From: Porticoccaceae bacterium | Lineage (GTDB): Bacteria; Pseudomonadota; Gammaproteobacteria; Pseudomonadales; Porticoccaceae | Length of the DNA: 64,000 nucleotides | Reading direction: 5' to 3' | Assembly (NCBI GenBank): GCA_964230135.1 | Contig: CAXRFT010000015.1 | Span: 12,708 to 76,707 of the forward strand | Shown: one piece after another, positions 1-9,889 of the stretch | Layout of the letters: every line of letters starts with the position of its first letter | Position numbering within the stretch: the first letter of the stretch is position 1 | Made by a program: the position numbers and the translations under genes | The notes under the pieces: generated by a model | Told to the model about the DNA's origin: nothing | Database searches by the model: none | What the model saw: the letters and a program-made list of their open reading frames with translations, nothing else

Positions 1-472
1 ATAAATAAATGCCGGTAATCCACAACACAAACAGACCGATGCCGGCAGGCAGAAACACCCACAACTTGACCCAATCAGCAAAAAAACTGCCGTCGTGAAT
101 CGACTCAATAACATCGCTGCGGCGCTGAGCAACTGACAAAATCTCAGCGGTGTGAGTATCCACCTGCACTTCCCAATTGGTCTTAGAGACAAACTTTATG
201 ATCCCTTTGCCAGGTTTTAAATCAGCTCGTTGAAGCTCGTCCCAGCGAGTAAACCCGGCAACCTCAACAGTTAGGGCAGCATCAAATAAATCTTGCATTG
301 AGGCCATGGGCACTAGCTCTCTCTCTATACCCTTCTGGCTGGGAGGTTGAATCCAATCAAATTCCTTTTTAACCATGAGGAGCACGCCGGCACCTATCAT
401 GATGATCAGTGGAAGTGATATTGAGAAAGAGCCCCAATAGTGAATCTTTCTCAATAAAATAGGTGTTCGCAT
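1..472 (-). CDS. PepSY-associated TM helix protein, C-terminally truncated by the window edge
   Basis: My own minus-strand translation from the ATG at 470-472 gives MRTPILLRKIHYWGSFSISLPLIIMIGAGVLLMVKKEF...ESIHDGSFFADWVKLWVFLPAGIGLFVLWITGIYL, with no stop before base 1. It is absent from the ORF track because it is open-ended. The N-terminal 'KIHYW' TM helix and C-terminal 'IHDG..F' TM helix are typical of small PepSY-TM proteins. Confidence 0.55.
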   Translation of the reverse strand, partial: MRTPILLRKIHYWGSFSISLPLIIMIGAGVLLMVKKEFDWIQPPSQKGIERELVPMASMQDLFDAALTVEVAGFTRWDELQRADLKPGKGIIKFVSKTNWEVQVDTHTAEILSVAQRRSDVIESIHDGSFFADWVKLWVFLPAGIGLFVLWITGIYL

Positions 473-511
473 TTAGATTTTCACCTCAATCAACAGATGA
501 CTAAACACCGC

Positions 512-3500
512 TTAGTCCGTCTCCATCAGATCATCGGCAGAGACTTCTATCCCACCGCTGGGCAGCCAAGGCGCACCGGCATCTAATAGCGCCTGCTTAA
601 ACGCTGGAAAATCTGTTTCGAACAAATTATCCAACTGCGGCTGTAGCTCTCCTAGTGCATCTTTCACGTAAACCATCTGCTGCCGCTGAGTAGAGGTCAG
701 ACCCCAAGTATTCACTCCAGCGAGTTCAATCACAGATAGACGACTTGAAATTGTGGCTGGCACGGCGCCAAATCTAAAACTGGAGCGTTTCCCATTAATC
801 ATCTCTTCCAGAGTGAAAACTATTCTTCGCAGTTGCTCATAATGCACTTCTAAGTCGCCAGCGACGGCAGATGAGCGATCCAACGCTACTCGGAAGGATT
901 TTAATTGAGTTTTTAAATCGCTTACTTGGCTGATTGCTTTAGACAGGCTGCGTCTTAGCTCAGCCACTTCCAGTAACATAGAAGAGTATTGCTGAGGAGA
1001 CAGGCCTCCCTCTTCCGTTTCTTGATGAAGTGGTTTAACGTTGAAACTGACCGCTTCAGTGAGCTCTCTCGTCTCTCCATTGACTGTGCTAAACAAGGTA
1101 GCTGTATAGATGCCTGGTGACACCAACGGCCCCACATCATCTGCACTACCAGAATTGAGAGCCCTAGATGAGGAGAAGCGTAAATCCCATGTCACTCGGT
1201 GCAGGCCTTTACCAACCTTCGCATCCACTTTGCGCACTGGATTACCCTGATCATCTTTAATAATCAGATAAACCGCAGGTTTTGACTCCCTCAATTCTGT
1301 TTCTACCTCTTCCCACGAGGGGTACAGAGGAAAGTCACCTTTTTCTTCTGCACTCTTTTCTTTCTCCTCGCGCTGTTCAGTCAGTGATTTTATGCCATCC
1401 CGTAAATAATAGGTGAAGGTGGCACCAAATTCTGGATTATCTGCGCGGTATCCAAAATCTCCCTCTGTGCTGGTATGGAATCTCTCAGGAAGATACCAGA
1501 GCGCATCTCGTGATGGAAATAGCAATGCTTCTCGCTTTAAACTCTCGCTGTTAATGTCACGCAACGGTGAGAAGTCATCCAGTATATAAATCCCTCGACC
1601 AAAACTACCGGCGACAAGATCATCTTCTCGGCGCTGAATTTTTACGTCACGGAAAGAAATGGTTGGCACACCTCCGGTCAATTTAGTCCACTGTTCACCA
1701 CCATCAACTGTAAAAAATAATCCGAACTCAGTGCCGACAAAGAATAAGTGTTGGTTCTCGTGGTCTTGAACAATACGCCACACCAAATGTTTATCGGGCA
1801 AGTTGGACGCAATAGACTTCCACGACTTTCCTCGATTGGTGCTCTTTATTAAATAGGGTTTGTAATCTCCTTGCTTATGGTCGTCCAAAGCCGCATAAAC
1901 TGTATCTTTATCAAACAAATCAGCCCGTATATCGTTAACATACGCTGTATCTGGGATACCTTTTATCTTACCAATCTCGTATTTTGTCCAGTCTTTACCA
2001 CCGTTAGAACTCACTTGGATCAAACCGTCATCAGTGCCGACATAAAGAAGATCAGGATCTAGCGGTGACTCAGCTATATTTGCAATGGTGTTAAAATTAG
2101 ACATTGCATAGAGATCGAAGCCTGAGTTAACTGACCAGGTTCGATCCATCACCGGCATGTGCATGCGGTTTTGATCTTTGGTCAAATCACCCGAAATCGC
2201 ACGCCAACTATTGCCTCGATCATCAGATCGCCACAATCGCTGAGATGCATGATATAAACGCTTTGGATCATGGCTTGACACAACTATGGGTGCGTCCCAG
2301 TTGAATCTCTCAGCGGGTTCATCCGGTGCCGCTTGGGGCTGAATGAAAACAATTTCACCGGTTTTGCGATGATAACGTGCAAGATTACCCTGTTGCCACT
2401 GACCGTAGACTATGTCAGGGTTTCCCGGCTCCGTGGCTGGCTGATGACCATCGCCCCACAGGATCAAAAACCAATCATTGCTCTTTATTCCGTGCTCTTT
2501 GGTTGTGCGCGATGGACCTCCTTGAGAGCTGTTATCTTGAGTGCCGCCATAAACATAATAGAAAGGTTCACTGTCATCGACAGCAATCTTGTAAAACTGA
2601 GTGATTGGCAGGTTACCTTGAAAACGCCACTTTTTCATATCGTCACGCGTTTCGTAAACGCCACCGTCGCTGCCAACCAACATGAAATTTCTATCTGTCG
2701 GATGAAATGCTATAGCGTGATCATCAACGTGCTTGTTTTCAAGGTTGAAAGGCGTCCAGGTTCTACCACCATCATCGCTGTATTTACTGTAGTTACTCAC
2801 CATATAGATGCGATCGAAACGGTGAGGATCGGCAAACAATTCTTGATAGTAGTGTGGTCCGGTTCCCCCGCCCACTTCATCGGACATCTTCTCCCAACTG
2901 GCACCTTGATTAGCTGAGCGGTAAACCCCGCCTTTACGCTGATTTAGCTCGATGGCCGCATACACCACGTCCGGATCAATCTTAGAAATAGCTAGCCCAA
3001 TTTTACCCATATCCGTTTCTGGCAGACCATTCGTCAGTTTACGCCAGGTCTCGCCACCGTCGTCAGAGGTGTGAATTGCGGAGCCGGGTCCGGTTCCCAC
3101 ATAAGTAGGTAAGGTGCGCTGTCGCTGCCAGGTTGCCGCGTAGAGTTTGTCTGGATTGCTCGAATCCATAACCAAGGAAGTCACACCAGTCCATTCATCA
3201 GTTTCAAGAACATTAATCCAGGTCTCACCAGCATCAATGGTTTTAAATAAGCCCCGCTCACCACCTTTTGACCAAAGTGGTCCCTGTGAAGACACCCAAA
3301 CAGTATTGGAATCCTGTGGATGAACAATGATGTCTGAAATATGCTCAGATTTAGTAAGACCTTTGTTTTCCCAAGTCTGACCACCATCTAGCGAGCGATA
3401 AACACCATCACCAAAAGAGATGTGTCTGCCGCCGTTATTTTCTCCCGTGCCCACCCAGATAATGTTGGAATTGCTCGGATCAATGGTGACATCACCGGTT

Positions 3501-3781
3501 GAGAAAACCGACTGTTTGTCGAAAATTGGTGCCCACGTAATTCCAGCGTTTGTGGTCTTCCACACACCACCCGAACCCACTGCAAGATACCAAATTGAAG
3601 GATTTTTAGCGTCTACCTCAATATCAGCAATGCGACCAGACATGTAAGCTGGGCCAATGCTGCGCAGCTTCATAGCAGAGAACAACTCTTCCGTCATTAC
3701 ATCGGACTTATCTTTCTTTGCCGCGCTTATCGAGGTCGACATCAAGGCCGTTAAAGCCACTAAAATAACAAAAAATCGCAT
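512..3781 (-). CDS. Large exported BNR/Asp-box repeat protein (sortilin/VPS10-like beta-propeller)
   Basis: Nine or more Asp-box motifs (SxDxGxTW type): SLDGGQTW, TIDAGETW, SDDGGETW, SANQGASW, SDDGGRTW, SDDRGNSW, SSNGGKDW, STNRGKSW, TVDGGEQW. The start is trimmed to the internal Met (MRFFVILVALTALMSTSISAAKK), which gives a Sec signal peptide; 'cat' verified at 3779-3781. Confidence 0.85.
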   Translation of the reverse strand: MRFFVILVALTALMSTSISAAKKDKSDVMTEELFSAMKLRSIGPAYMSGRIADIEVDAKNPSIWYLAVGSGGVWKTTNAGITWAPIFDKQSVFSTGDVTIDPSNSNIIWVGTGENNGGRHISFGDGVYRSLDGGQTWENKGLTKSEHISDIIVHPQDSNTVWVSSQGPLWSKGGERGLFKTIDAGETWINVLETDEWTGVTSLVMDSSNPDKLYAATWQRQRTLPTYVGTGPGSAIHTSDDGGETWRKLTNGLPETDMGKIGLAISKIDPDVVYAAIELNQRKGGVYRSANQGASWEKMSDEVGGGTGPHYYQELFADPHRFDRIYMVSNYSKYSDDGGRTWTPFNLENKHVDDHAIAFHPTDRNFMLVGSDGGVYETRDDMKKWRFQGNLPITQFYKIAVDDSEPFYYVYGGTQDNSSQGGPSRTTKEHGIKSNDWFLILWGDGHQPATEPGNPDIVYGQWQQGNLARYHRKTGEIVFIQPQAAPDEPAERFNWDAPIVVSSHDPKRLYHASQRLWRSDDRGNSWRAISGDLTKDQNRMHMPVMDRTWSVNSGFDLYAMSNFNTIANIAESPLDPDLLYVGTDDGLIQVSSNGGKDWTKYEIGKIKGIPDTAYVNDIRADLFDKDTVYAALDDHKQGDYKPYLIKSTNRGKSWKSIASNLPDKHLVWRIVQDHENQHLFFVGTEFGLFFTVDGGEQWTKLTGGVPTISFRDVKIQRREDDLVAGSFGRGIYILDDFSPLRDINSESLKREALLFPSRDALWYLPERFHTSTEGDFGYRADNPEFGATFTYYLRDGIKSLTEQREEKEKSAEEKGDFPLYPSWEEVETELRESKPAVYLIIKDDQGNPVRKVDAKVGKGLHRVTWDLRFSSSRALNSGSADDVGPLVSPGIYTATLFSTVNGETRELTEAVSFNVKPLHQETEEGGLSPQQYSSMLLEVAELRRSLSKAISQVSDLKTQLKSFRVALDRSSAVAGDLEVHYEQLRRIVFTLEEMINGKRSSFRFGAVPATISSRLSVIELAGVNTWGLTSTQRQQMVYVKDALGELQPQLDNLFETDFPAFKQALLDAGAPWLPSGGIEVSADDLMETD

Positions 3782-4100
3782 ATGAAATTTCCTATAGATG
3801 GTGCAAAATTTGGTTTTTATTGGGTCGTCGAGGGGTTGACCTACTCCAGAGCAACGGAACACACATCACCGCGTCCCACATTTTCTGTGAGGGTAACACA
3901 GAGAAGTCGTTTTTGCATAAACAGCCTTAAACGCAACCTCAAAACAAACACAGAGAACCGCTAGAAAATTCAGCGAAAACCAACGATTGATTCCCTTGAA
4001 TATCATGTGACTGCACTCAAATATGCCCCTCTCCATCCAACCTGCTGAAGATGGTTGCTACAAAAACGGGAAGAACCTAGAACAAAAATGGTTGTCTCAA

Positions 4101-6287
4101 TCAGTCTTTGATCCCGTGAGCCAGCAAGGTAAACACATACTCTTCGGCATAATCTTTCAGGCGTCCGTAACGTCCACTGTTGGCAAAGTGGCCCGCTCCC
4201 ATGTTCATACGCATCAACAGAAGATTATTATCGGTCTTAGTACTGCGCATCTTAGCCGTCCACTTTGCTGGTTCCCAGTAGGTTACCCTAGGATCGTTTA
4301 ACCCCCCAGAAACAAACATCGGTGGATATTCCCGAGCAATTATGTTGTCATAAGGTGAGTAATTTTTAAGCAAGTTAAAGGCCTCTGGACTCTCGATGGG
4401 GTTGCCCCACTCCTTCCACTCGGGCGGGGTCAATGGAAGACTGGCGTCGAGCATAGTATTGAGCACATCCACAAAGGGCACTCCCAAATTCACCGAGCGC
4501 CACAGTTCGGGAGCCTGAATGACAGCGGCACCCATAAGTTCTCCTCCAGCACTGCGTCCTGAAATCGAAATATTTCCCCCACTGGTATAGTTTTCTGCAG
4601 CGAGGAACCTGGCTATATCGACAAAGTCATTAAAGGTATTCTCTCGCTTTTCTAATTTACCATCCAGGTACCACTGATAACCCATCATAGCACCGCCTCT
4701 GACATGGGCGATGGCATAGACAAAACCTCGATCGAGCAAACTCAGGCGCAACGTAGAAAACGACGGCGATATTGTAGCGCCATAAGCACCATAACCGTAA
4801 AGTAACATGGGTGCACTGCCATCAAGATCAACATCTTTGCGGTACACCAAAGATACCGGTATGAAGATACCATCACGAGAGGGAGCCATCAGTCGCTCAG
4901 TTGTGTACAGCGACTTGTCATAGCCACTGGGAATTCTCTGTACCTTGCGGGAATCAAGTTTTCTCTTGTCCAGATGGTAATCAAAGATCGTCGACGGAGT
5001 GACCATCGACGTATAACGCAGACGCACGAATGACTGATCAAACTGTGGATTGTTACCAATGTTCAACGTCGCAATGGACTCAGGGAAGTCCACAGTATGC
5101 TGATCTCCGGAGTACATTCGGATACGAATCGCATCCACGCCTGATGTACGCTGCTTAATAGCAATGAAATCATCGAACGCTTGAAGATCCATGAGATAAA
5201 CATCATCTGAACCTTCCTCTATGGTTTGCCAGTGCTTATATTGGGGTTGTTGATCGGATACTTTGGCAAAACGAAAATTTTTGTGTGTGTCGTTTGCCAA
5301 TATATAAAAATTTCCGTGGGCATGATCCACTGAGAGGGTAAATCCAGCATTGCGATCGACCATTTTAACCGGCTCAGCATAGAAATTATCCGCAGGTAAC
5401 ACATAGGTTTCCTGCACCTCACCTTGGCTACTCACCACTACCAAAAACCTCTCATCACTGGTGAGACCAAAACCCAGAAAATAGCCATCATCCTGCTCAA
5501 AGTAAATAGTTTTATCCAGCGCTTGTGGCTCCCCCAGACGGTGAACTACGAGTTCCTTCGCATGCCATCGGTCCACCTCTAGACGCGCATAAACAAGGCT
5601 CTTGCCATCGCCGCTGAACTCAATAGAGCCTTGAACATCCTCGAGTTTATCAGTCAAATAATCGCCGGTATTTAAATCGACAATACGCAACTGGTAACGT
5701 TCATCACCCTCGGTATCAAAGGTGTAAGCAAGCAAGTTGTTATCTGGACTGACTCGCCAATCGCCAATGACAAAATAGTCATAACCTGCCGCCAGTGCAG
5801 ACTCGTCTAAAATGATCTGTTCTTCTCCTGTTTTTAGATACTTGCGACTGTAGGTTCTGTAGTCATCACCAGGACGAAAATACCAGCGATACTGATAATC
5901 ATTTTTAATGTAAGGCACCGATTCCTCAGTTTCATCAGTCCGTCCCTTGAATTCCTCAAATACCGTATCAACAAGTGCTCTATTAGGCTCTAAAAAAGCC
6001 GCGTAATAATCGTTCTCCTCGGTGAGGTAATCCAATACAGGCTGATCGTCAATCTCAGGGTATCCCTGATCTTTGAGCCAAAAATAATCATCCGATAAGG
6101 TCTGACCATGGTAGGTGGCTTGGTGAGGGTGCTTTGCGGCTTCAGGTGCTGGAATGGAGAGCTCCTGAAGACGTGAAAAATTGGCTGGATCTGATCCCAC
6201 AACAACCTCCTTCTTTTCTGAGTTACAAGCCACCAAAAAAGCCATTGATATGAGTATCAAGTACTTGCCTGACATAGGTTTCTCCAT
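4101..6287 (-). CDS. ptrB: Oligopeptidase B (protease II, S9A prolyl-oligopeptidase family), lipoprotein-type signal
   Basis: The N-terminal region (HGQTLSDDYFWLKD...VLDYLTEENDYY...VPYIKNDYQYRWY) is collinear with E. coli PtrB. The catalytic serine is in GRSAGGELMG. The leader LILISMAFLVAC has a lipobox-like Cys. Confidence 0.88.
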   Translation of the reverse strand: MEKPMSGKYLILISMAFLVACNSEKKEVVVGSDPANFSRLQELSIPAPEAAKHPHQATYHGQTLSDDYFWLKDQGYPEIDDQPVLDYLTEENDYYAAFLEPNRALVDTVFEEFKGRTDETEESVPYIKNDYQYRWYFRPGDDYRTYSRKYLKTGEEQIILDESALAAGYDYFVIGDWRVSPDNNLLAYTFDTEGDERYQLRIVDLNTGDYLTDKLEDVQGSIEFSGDGKSLVYARLEVDRWHAKELVVHRLGEPQALDKTIYFEQDDGYFLGFGLTSDERFLVVVSSQGEVQETYVLPADNFYAEPVKMVDRNAGFTLSVDHAHGNFYILANDTHKNFRFAKVSDQQPQYKHWQTIEEGSDDVYLMDLQAFDDFIAIKQRTSGVDAIRIRMYSGDQHTVDFPESIATLNIGNNPQFDQSFVRLRYTSMVTPSTIFDYHLDKRKLDSRKVQRIPSGYDKSLYTTERLMAPSRDGIFIPVSLVYRKDVDLDGSAPMLLYGYGAYGATISPSFSTLRLSLLDRGFVYAIAHVRGGAMMGYQWYLDGKLEKRENTFNDFVDIARFLAAENYTSGGNISISGRSAGGELMGAAVIQAPELWRSVNLGVPFVDVLNTMLDASLPLTPPEWKEWGNPIESPEAFNLLKNYSPYDNIIAREYPPMFVSGGLNDPRVTYWEPAKWTAKMRSTKTDNNLLLMRMNMGAGHFANSGRYGRLKDYAEEYVFTLLAHGIKD

Positions 6288-6420
6288 TTTGAATTAAAAA
6301 AATAACTTGAGACAATCGCTGTTATTTTTACTTGAAAATTTTCCTTAGTGAGTCAATCAAAGAGGTTCTGTTAGGCACATAACGCTCACAGATGAAGCGT
6401 CGGCATCGCTGGAAAAGCGT

Positions 6421-6675
6421 TTAGAGTAGTAACAAAAAATCAATACCCAGGAGAACAAACATACCGCGAACCATTAGCTTGGTCTTTTTATCGAGCTCAG
6501 CATAGGCGTTTTTTAACTGATCAATTTCCTCTTTAGCCAGATCGCCACCCTGCTTAATCTGAATGGCGCTGTTGGCTATGAGAGCTGCAGACGCTCCGGC
6601 AGAAGCGCTCGCGAACTTTTTAATGAAGTCCCTTCGTCCCTCTAATGTTGCAGTAGGCTGCATTGTTGTCTCCAA
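6421..6675 (-). CDS. Small (84 aa) protein with a twin-arginine signal motif and a C-terminal TM helix; function unknown
   Basis: GRRDFIKKFASASAGASAALIA matches the Tat consensus (S/T)RRxFLK plus an h-region. The C-terminus MFVLLGIDFLLLL is hydrophobic. No family was recognised. Confidence 0.45.
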   Translation of the reverse strand: METTMQPTATLEGRRDFIKKFASASAGASAALIANSAIQIKQGGDLAKEEIDQLKNAYAELDKKTKLMVRGMFVLLGIDFLLLL

Positions 6676-6735
6676 ATAGCGGTTGCCGAAAACAGTAGTG
6701 ATGTAAATCGTAACGCAAAAATAACTCCAGTGCCA

Positions 6736-7194
6736 TTATCTCACTTCAATTTCTATAACCTCTGAGATCACCGGTGGATCATGGGGAATATGTACCTGAT
6801 TGCCCAGAATCAACTGCAACCGATGCTTACCTGGTGGCAATTTGAGGCTGGTGCTAGTTTGACCTTTTCCAAAATGAAGAACCTGATCCGATGCTGGTAG
6901 TGGCGCATTAAGGTTTGGTAGTTGGTCAAGGTTTATCAACAAATGGTGGTGCCCCGAATTTGGCGTTCCTACACCTGCGGGCGCCACTTGCATACCCTTT
7001 AGCCCAAATACAACGGTGATCTGCTGATTTTCATCACGATCAATAATATCGCCATTTACAGGCTTAATGAAGTAGACAGCCGCATCATCAGGTGCTGTCA
7101 TATTTGGCATTTGTGCGTCTACAGAATACGCTGATAGGACAGATACTACACAGACTAGAAGTTGAAATAATCGAAGCATAATTTGTTTACTCAA
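6736..7194 (-). CDS. DUF4399 domain protein, periplasmic
   Basis: Signal peptide (LLVCVVSVLSAYSVDAQ) and the characteristic 'GHHHLLINLD' block of DUF4399. Confidence 0.7.
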   Translation of the reverse strand: MSKQIMLRLFQLLVCVVSVLSAYSVDAQMPNMTAPDDAAVYFIKPVNGDIIDRDENQQITVVFGLKGMQVAPAGVGTPNSGHHHLLINLDQLPNLNAPLPASDQVLHFGKGQTSTSLKLPPGKHRLQLILGNQVHIPHDPPVISEVIEIEVR

Positions 7195-7386
7195 TTAGCT
7201 AAGTAATAAGCTAACCCAATCTGATGAAAAAAACTATCCCACTGATCCTCTATTATTTATAAAACAATAGCAAATCATTTCGCAGTGACATCAATCCCAA
7301 TCCCTTAAGTTGTTGTTATGTATTCTGTTGTATTAGCAAGTTTTCGGATACCATAAAGACTAATATAACAATACCAAGATTATCCT

Positions 7387-8043
7387 ATGCTAATTCTTCA
7401 CGGTTTTGCCATGTCCAATTATTACAACATGGTCAAGCACGCACTGATGGTAAAGCACTGCGACTTTACCGAGAACAAAGTTTATCCACAAACAGAAGAC
7501 ATTCTGGCGATCACTCCCACCGGAAAAGTACCGGCAATTACCACCGAAGAGGGATCAAATCTTTCTGAAACCTCAGTCATACTCGATTACTTGGAAGATT
7601 TACACCCAGAGCCTGCACTCTACCCTTTGACTGTGGACAAGCGGGCCAGAGTCAAGATGCTTATTAAAGTGACCGAGCTCTATCTTGAGTTGCCGTCACG
7701 TCGGTTAATGAAGGATTACTTTGCAAGACAAGAGCCCGACGCAGTGATGGCCAATGAAGTAAAAACATCCTTTATTAAGGGCTGCGAGATCATTAATCAG
7801 ATGACTGATATCGAACCCTATTTACTTGGCGATCAGCTGTCCATGGCTGATATTTTTATGTATTACGCGCTGGTAATCCCATCCATGGTGGGGCCCAGAT
7901 TAATAAACTTTGATCCAGTGGCTGCGGTAGAGGGCTTGGCAAACTGGCACAATCTTATGTCTGACTGCCCAATTTCAAAGAAAATTGAGACCGATAAAAG
8001 AGAAAATGCACCAGAATTCATGGCCAAGATTGGCGCTCGGTAG
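7387..8043 (+). CDS. Glutathione S-transferase family protein
   Basis: 218 aa. The N-terminal thioredoxin-like part contains GKVPAI..E.....SE..VILDYLED, the GSH-binding cis-Pro/Ser-Glu region. The C-terminal part is helical. Confidence 0.8.
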   Translation: MLILHGFAMSNYYNMVKHALMVKHCDFTENKVYPQTEDILAITPTGKVPAITTEEGSNLSETSVILDYLEDLHPEPALYPLTVDKRARVKMLIKVTELYLELPSRRLMKDYFARQEPDAVMANEVKTSFIKGCEIINQMTDIEPYLLGDQLSMADIFMYYALVIPSMVGPRLINFDPVAAVEGLANWHNLMSDCPISKKIETDKRENAPEFMAKIGAR

Positions 8044-8206
8044 AATGACTATTTAACCGATCTAAAAAACACAGGGGTGGCAATAAAACAAAGCGCGCTC
8101 AGTCTGTTTGCTTGGGCTTGCTTAGTCCGGCTATCCTCAGAGTGAATTGCCAAAAAGTCATAACTGATGAGCTAGATAGCGGACCGAAGCTGACGTTCAA
8201 TGCCTG

Positions 8207-8401
8207 TTAGAGATATTTACCGCAGCATTTTTTGAATTTTCGACCATTGCCACAGGGACAGGGGTCATTGCGCCCAATTTTTGGTTGATGGCGCACAAAG
8301 GGATCAGACGGACCGCAACAACTGGCTTCTGAGCAGCAGGATTGCTTCTCAGCGGCCAGGTCTGACTCAACGGTTTGATCATCATCTCCTACCATAGCCA
8401 C
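8207..8401 (-). CDS. Cys-rich SEC-C motif miniprotein (64 aa)
   Basis: The C-terminal [19 protein letters not shown] is the canonical SEC-C metal-binding motif (CPCGSGKKYKxCC type). An additional CCSEASCC block gives 8 Cys in 64 aa. Confidence 0.7.
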   Translation of the reverse strand: MAMVGDDDQTVESDLAAEKQSCCSEASCCGPSDPFVRHQPKIGRNDPCPCGNGRKFKKCCGKYL

Positions 8402-8414
8402 AGGATTATCCTCG

Positions 8415-8783
8415 TTATGATTCAGGCATTTTAGACGAGTGGTGTTCGATAATCACCCAGCCATCACCTTGTCGATGATAGACAAAGGTATACCTTGCTT
8501 GTACCTCTGTTTGATCGTCAAAGGAAAAAGTATAGACACCTGAATTTATCGCCAAATGATCAAAAACACGGATATTGGATTGATCAATTTTACCACTGGG
8601 ACCTTTGGCGACGAAATCGACAAAGTAACTTTCAATCTCTTGAGGGTTATGGCGCACCTGATTAGACACCGTGGGCAATAAAATCGCATCAGACGCGTAG
8701 AGCGCCACAACTTTGCTGGGATCTCGACTTTTGAGTGCCGCATTCCAATCATCAAACAAAGACGCAATTACTGTTTCGCTCAC
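8415..8783 (-). CDS. NTF2-like fold protein (SgcJ/EcaC / DUF4440-like)
   Basis: 122 aa. The opening F..WN.A....D...V..LY..DA.L.PT resembles the SgcJ/EcaC / CaMKII-association-domain family. It lies 13 bp upstream of the SEC-C gene. Confidence 0.6.
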   Translation of the reverse strand: MSETVIASLFDDWNAALKSRDPSKVVALYASDAILLPTVSNQVRHNPQEIESYFVDFVAKGPSGKIDQSNIRVFDHLAINSGVYTFSFDDQTEVQARYTFVYHRQGDGWVIIEHHSSKMPES

Positions 8784-8860
8784 TTCAAATAACCTCTGCT
8801 AAATCTTACTCATACAGCTCCGGCGGCATAATCAACCAGAGCTCTTCAATATTATAGACG

Positions 8861-9769
8861 TTAGCGGAATTTTTGATCCACCGCCACAGCGTCATGGGCG
8901 TGCAGACTCTCGCGGTGCTGTATCTTGAGCCAGTAATCAGTAACAGACTGCATACCCTCTAAACCCAACTTCACTCGCTTGGCCGCATCTTCACAAAACA
9001 TAAGATTCTCCGCATTCAACCGGGCAAACTCTTGTTCATCGCTGCGCTTGACGGCAGTTTGAACAGGGGTGCCAATGAGGTTTTCAAGCTCAACCACCAA
9101 TGAGGGTAAATGAGGCCATTCATTTGTTCCCAGCACCATTTTTATATAGGCATAGGATCTCTGGCTATGAGGTGTAGCGACAGAACCGGCCTGCGACTGC
9201 ACCCACTCCATCAACTCACCCTTTTCCACCGTTGAATCGGGGAATTGCTGATTAATCGCATTGGCGTAAAGCTGTCGTGCCAAGGCTGCGGAACAAGGGC
9301 AGGTACTGGAATACGGAATAGTAACTTCCAACTCACAACTCAATTGGGTCCCATGCAGTTCAGCGCGCAGAACCACAGGGTAAGTCTGGAATCCAATCTC
9401 CCCACTTAGTAGTGCAGGCTTTTTTAACAGCAAATCGAAGCTAAGCTCAATTTTTGCATTTTGACTAATACCTTCCTGAGAGTTAACCATTTCCTCGAGT
9501 AAATCATTGATGCTGTTTTGATTACACTCGCGCTCAGCTAATTTATTCAGCGCCAGATGCAGCCGTGACATGTGAATCCCTTTTGCCTCGGGCTTTTCGA
9601 GGCTGACAAACACATTAGCTTTGGCTGATAGTTGCTGCAATTTTTCCTCTTGTAATGTCATCGAAATAGGCACGGCAATCTGCTCCATTCCCACCCATTG
9701 AAGAGTTGCTGGGCTTGCACTCGCTACATCAGATGTCACATCAGGCATCGGTATTGATAACATAGTCAT
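8861..9769 (-). CDS. folE2: GTP cyclohydrolase I type 2 (FolE2 / GCYH-IB), the zinc-independent paralogue
   Basis: About 300 aa with the N-terminal 'MPDV' box, KGIHMSR, and STCPCSAA (the conserved Cys pair of GCYH-IB). The Zur-cluster context fits. Confidence 0.88.
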   Translation of the reverse strand: MTMLSIPMPDVTSDVASASPATLQWVGMEQIAVPISMTLQEEKLQQLSAKANVFVSLEKPEAKGIHMSRLHLALNKLAERECNQNSINDLLEEMVNSQEGISQNAKIELSFDLLLKKPALLSGEIGFQTYPVVLRAELHGTQLSCELEVTIPYSSTCPCSAALARQLYANAINQQFPDSTVEKGELMEWVQSQAGSVATPHSQRSYAYIKMVLGTNEWPHLPSLVVELENLIGTPVQTAVKRSDEQEFARLNAENLMFCEDAAKRVKLGLEGMQSVTDYWLKIQHRESLHAHDAVAVDQKFR

Positions 9770-9889
9770 TCCTAGTTTATCTATTGAAATTTTAAAAAAT
9801 ATCGTTCAGTTTGTAATCGATTCACTCTCTCAAGCGAGGAAGAGCATAATTAACCTCGCCACGAAGGTAGAGTAAAGGGCATTTTAACC

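Noticed and set aside
2333-2917. A 194-aa ORF, with several 60-75-aa ORFs, antisense to the BNR-repeat gene
   Set aside because: These ORFs lie entirely inside a long, motif-rich coding region on the other strand. Their translations are low-complexity with no recognisable motifs, which is typical of shadow ORFs. The same reasoning applies to the many short antisense ORFs listed inside ggt, the TBDRs, aceE, sulfatase, betA and other genes.
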